In this document: positions 62,171 to 64,000 of the stretch, piece after piece
Numbering within the stretch: the first letter of the stretch is position 1
Layout: each line of letters starts with the position of its first letter
From: Candidatus Phosphoribacter hodrii
GTDB lineage: Bacteria; Actinomycetota; Actinomycetes; Actinomycetales; Dermatophilaceae
Direction of reading: 5' to 3'
Assembly (NCBI GenBank): GCA_016707175.1
Contig: JADJIB010000001.1
Coordinates: 718,791 to 782,790 of the forward strand
DNA length: 64,000 nucleotides
Made by a program: the position numbers and the translations under genes
Notes under the pieces: model-generated
The model's database searches: none
Told to the model about the DNA's origin: nothing
The model's input: only the letters and a program-made list of their open reading frames with translations

Positions 62171-63231
62171 GCGGGGTCCACGTTGGCGGGGATCGGCTCG
62201 GCCACCCCTGAGGTATGCCGCCCTCCCGCAGTCTCGGGCAGCGGCACCGCCGCGAGGATCGGGCCGAGCAGGTCGTCGGCGCTGACGTCATCGGCCAGGG
62301 CCTCGTAGCTGAGCACCATCCGATGACGCAGGACATCGGGCGCAAGCTCCCGGGCATCCATCGGGATGACGTAATCACGGCCACGCAGATAGGCCAACGC
62401 CCGGGCCGCCAGCACGATGTTGATCGACGCGCGAGGGCTGGCACCGAAGGACAGATAGCGGGCCAGTTCGGGAAGCCCCACGACGCCTGGGTCACGGGTC
62501 GCACCCGCAAGCGCGACGGCATACTGGATCACTCCGGGGTCGACGTAGACCGTGTCGACGGCGGCCTGCAGCCCCCGAAGTCCGTCCGCGTCGAGGACCG
62601 CGTCGATCCGCTCGGCCGCGCGGATCATCCGCTCGACGACGACGTATTCCTCTGTGGCAGAGGGATATCCGACGAGCACCTTGAGCATGAACCGGTCGAC
62701 CTGCGCCTCGGGGAGCGGATAGGTGCCCTCGGACTCGATGGGGTTCTGGGTGGCCATGACGAGGAACGGGTCCGGCGCGGAGAAGGTCTCGCGGCCGATC
62801 GTCACCTGGCGTTCCTGCATGACCTCCAGCAGGGCGCTCTGCACCTTGGCCGGCGCCCGGTTGATCTCGTCGGCGAGGACGAGGTTGGCGAAGACGGGGC
62901 CGAGCGACACCTGGAAGTCGCCAGTCTGCTGGTTGTAGATCCGGGTGCCGATGAGGTCGGCGGGGACCAGGTCGGGCGTGAACTGGATGCGCTTGAAGTC
63001 CACCCCGATCGCCTCGGCGAGCGTCTTGATCGCCATCGTCTTGGCCAGGCCGGGGACGCCCTCCACAAGCAGGTGCCCGCGGGCCAGGAGCGCGACGAGC
63101 ATCCGCTCGAGGAGTTGGTCCTGGCCGACGATGGTCCGCTTCACCTGGTAGAGCATCTGCTCGAGCGGGTGGGCGCCTGGCCCCGGCGAGGGGGCGGCGG
63201 CAGAGGTGCCGGCGGCAAAGGGAGTCGACAT
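62149..63231 (-). CDS. MoxR-family AAA+ ATPase
   Basis: HLLVEGVPGLAKT Walker A, LADEINRAPAKVQSALLEVMQE, VMATQNPIE. Confidence 0.9.
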   Translation of the reverse strand: MSTPFAAGTSAAAPSPGPGAHPLEQMLYQVKRTIVGQDQLLERMLVALLARGHLLVEGVPGLAKTMAIKTLAEAIGVDFKRIQFTPDLVPADLIGTRIYNQQTGDFQVSLGPVFANLVLADEINRAPAKVQSALLEVMQERQVTIGRETFSAPDPFLVMATQNPIESEGTYPLPEAQVDRFMLKVLVGYPSATEEYVVVERMIRAAERIDAVLDADGLRGLQAAVDTVYVDPGVIQYAVALAGATRDPGVVGLPELARYLSFGASPRASINIVLAARALAYLRGRDYVIPMDARELAPDVLRHRMVLSYEALADDVSADDLLGPILAAVPLPETAGGRHTSGVAEPIPANVDPAWYRRPE

Positions 63232-63239
63232 CTGGCTCC

Positions 63240-64000
63240 TTAGATCGAGGGTCCGCCGGCGGCGCCGCCGGCTGTCGCGATCGGCACGGCGAAACCGATG
63301 CCGACGAAGAAGGGTTGCTTGGACGGGTTGGCGAGCGCAGTGACGATGCCGACGACCTGACCAGCCGAATTGAGCAGTGGCCCACCGGAATTGCCCGGGT
63401 TGACGGCCGCGTCGAACTGGATGAGGTCGGCGAGCTTGAGCCCTTCCGCCTCGATCGTTCGCCCGGTCGCTGACACGACACCGGACGACAGCGACGCGGT
63501 GAGACCGAGGGGATGGCCGACGGCATACACCGGGTCGCCGACGCGCACGCCCCCACCGAGGACCGCTGGCACGACGACCTGCGGGAGTTGGTCGGCCACG
63601 AGCACCGCGATGTCGTTCTCCGGCTGCGCGCTCTGGACCCGAGCGGGGGCACGGGTGCCGTCGGCGAAGGTCACCGTGATCGCGCCGCCGCCGCTGACGA
63701 CGTGGTTGGCGGTGAGGATCGCGCCCTCCTGGCTGACGATGACGCCCGTCCCCAGGCCCTGCGCAGCCGGATCGCCTCCCCCGCCAACGGTTTCGATGAT
63801 GACGAGGCTCGCAGCAACCTGGGCGTATGCCGTGCTGGCGGCTGACGGGGCCCGCGCGGCTTCGGCCAGCGCCTTGTCGACGACTTTCGCGGCGGCCTTG
63901 TCGATCTCGGCCTGGGTGAGCGGCGCGGGGGCGCGTAGGTCCCGCACGAGCAGGGTGCCCGAGAGGCCGGCGAGTGCCACGAGGACCACCGTGAGGATCC
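63240..64000 (-). CDS. S1C (HtrA/trypsin-like) serine protease, C-terminal part (gene runs off the window end)
   Basis: ILTANHVV (His), DIAVL (Asp), NPGNSGGPL (Ser) catalytic triad motifs. Confidence 0.8.
   Translation of the reverse strand, partial: ILTVVLVALAGLSGTLLVRDLRAPAPLTQAEIDKAAAKVVDKALAEAARAPSAASTAYAQVAASLVIIETVGGGGDPAAQGLGTGVIVSQEGAILTANHVVSGGGAITVTFADGTRAPARVQSAQPENDIAVLVADQLPQVVVPAVLGGGVRVGDPVYAVGHPLGLTASLSSGVVSATGRTIEAEGLKLADLIQFDAAVNPGNSGGPLLNSAGQVVGIVTALANPSKQPFFVGIGFAVPIATAGGAAGGPSI

Overview
High-GC (about 70%+ by eye) actinobacterial chromosomal segment. It holds about 60 tightly packed protein genes on both strands, with many ATGA/GTGA stop-start overlaps. I recognised no rRNA, tRNA, CRISPR array, transposase, integrase or phage module. 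Gene content is ordinary housekeeping and accessory: alaA-like aminotransferase; a thiamine ABC importer behind a TPP riboswitch; hutF-like deiminase; a PadR-ABC-FtsX module; proteasome activator Bpa (C-terminal GQYL); two ArsR-family metal-efflux modules; a two-adaptor MacAB-like exporter; gdhA; fprA-like reductase; a TVGYG K+ channel; nadE; and a MoxR-DUF58-VWA-VWA operon. I found no recognisable novel multi-gene system such as a defence island. The unusual signals sit at the DNA-sequence level. (1) The octamer GTATGCCG/CGGCATAC occurs about 100 times by my manual tally, against about 2 expected from composition. It is on both strands, in every reading frame, over start codons, and as inverted pairs that form perfect palindromes at gene ends. 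(2) A hairpin repeat family with a conserved CACAC(C/T)CGCCG core sits in four convergent intergenic regions, all in one orientation, and includes a 52-bp tandem array. (3) An ~840-bp tract of almost pure G with scattered C lies between two genes, and a G13 run marks a broken metal-efflux locus. Both are most likely assembly or base-calling artefacts. (4) About ten genes have frame disruptions, mostly at G/C homopolymers, which argues for consensus errors and lowers trust in fine coordinates. All coordinates and counts were derived by eye, not by software.
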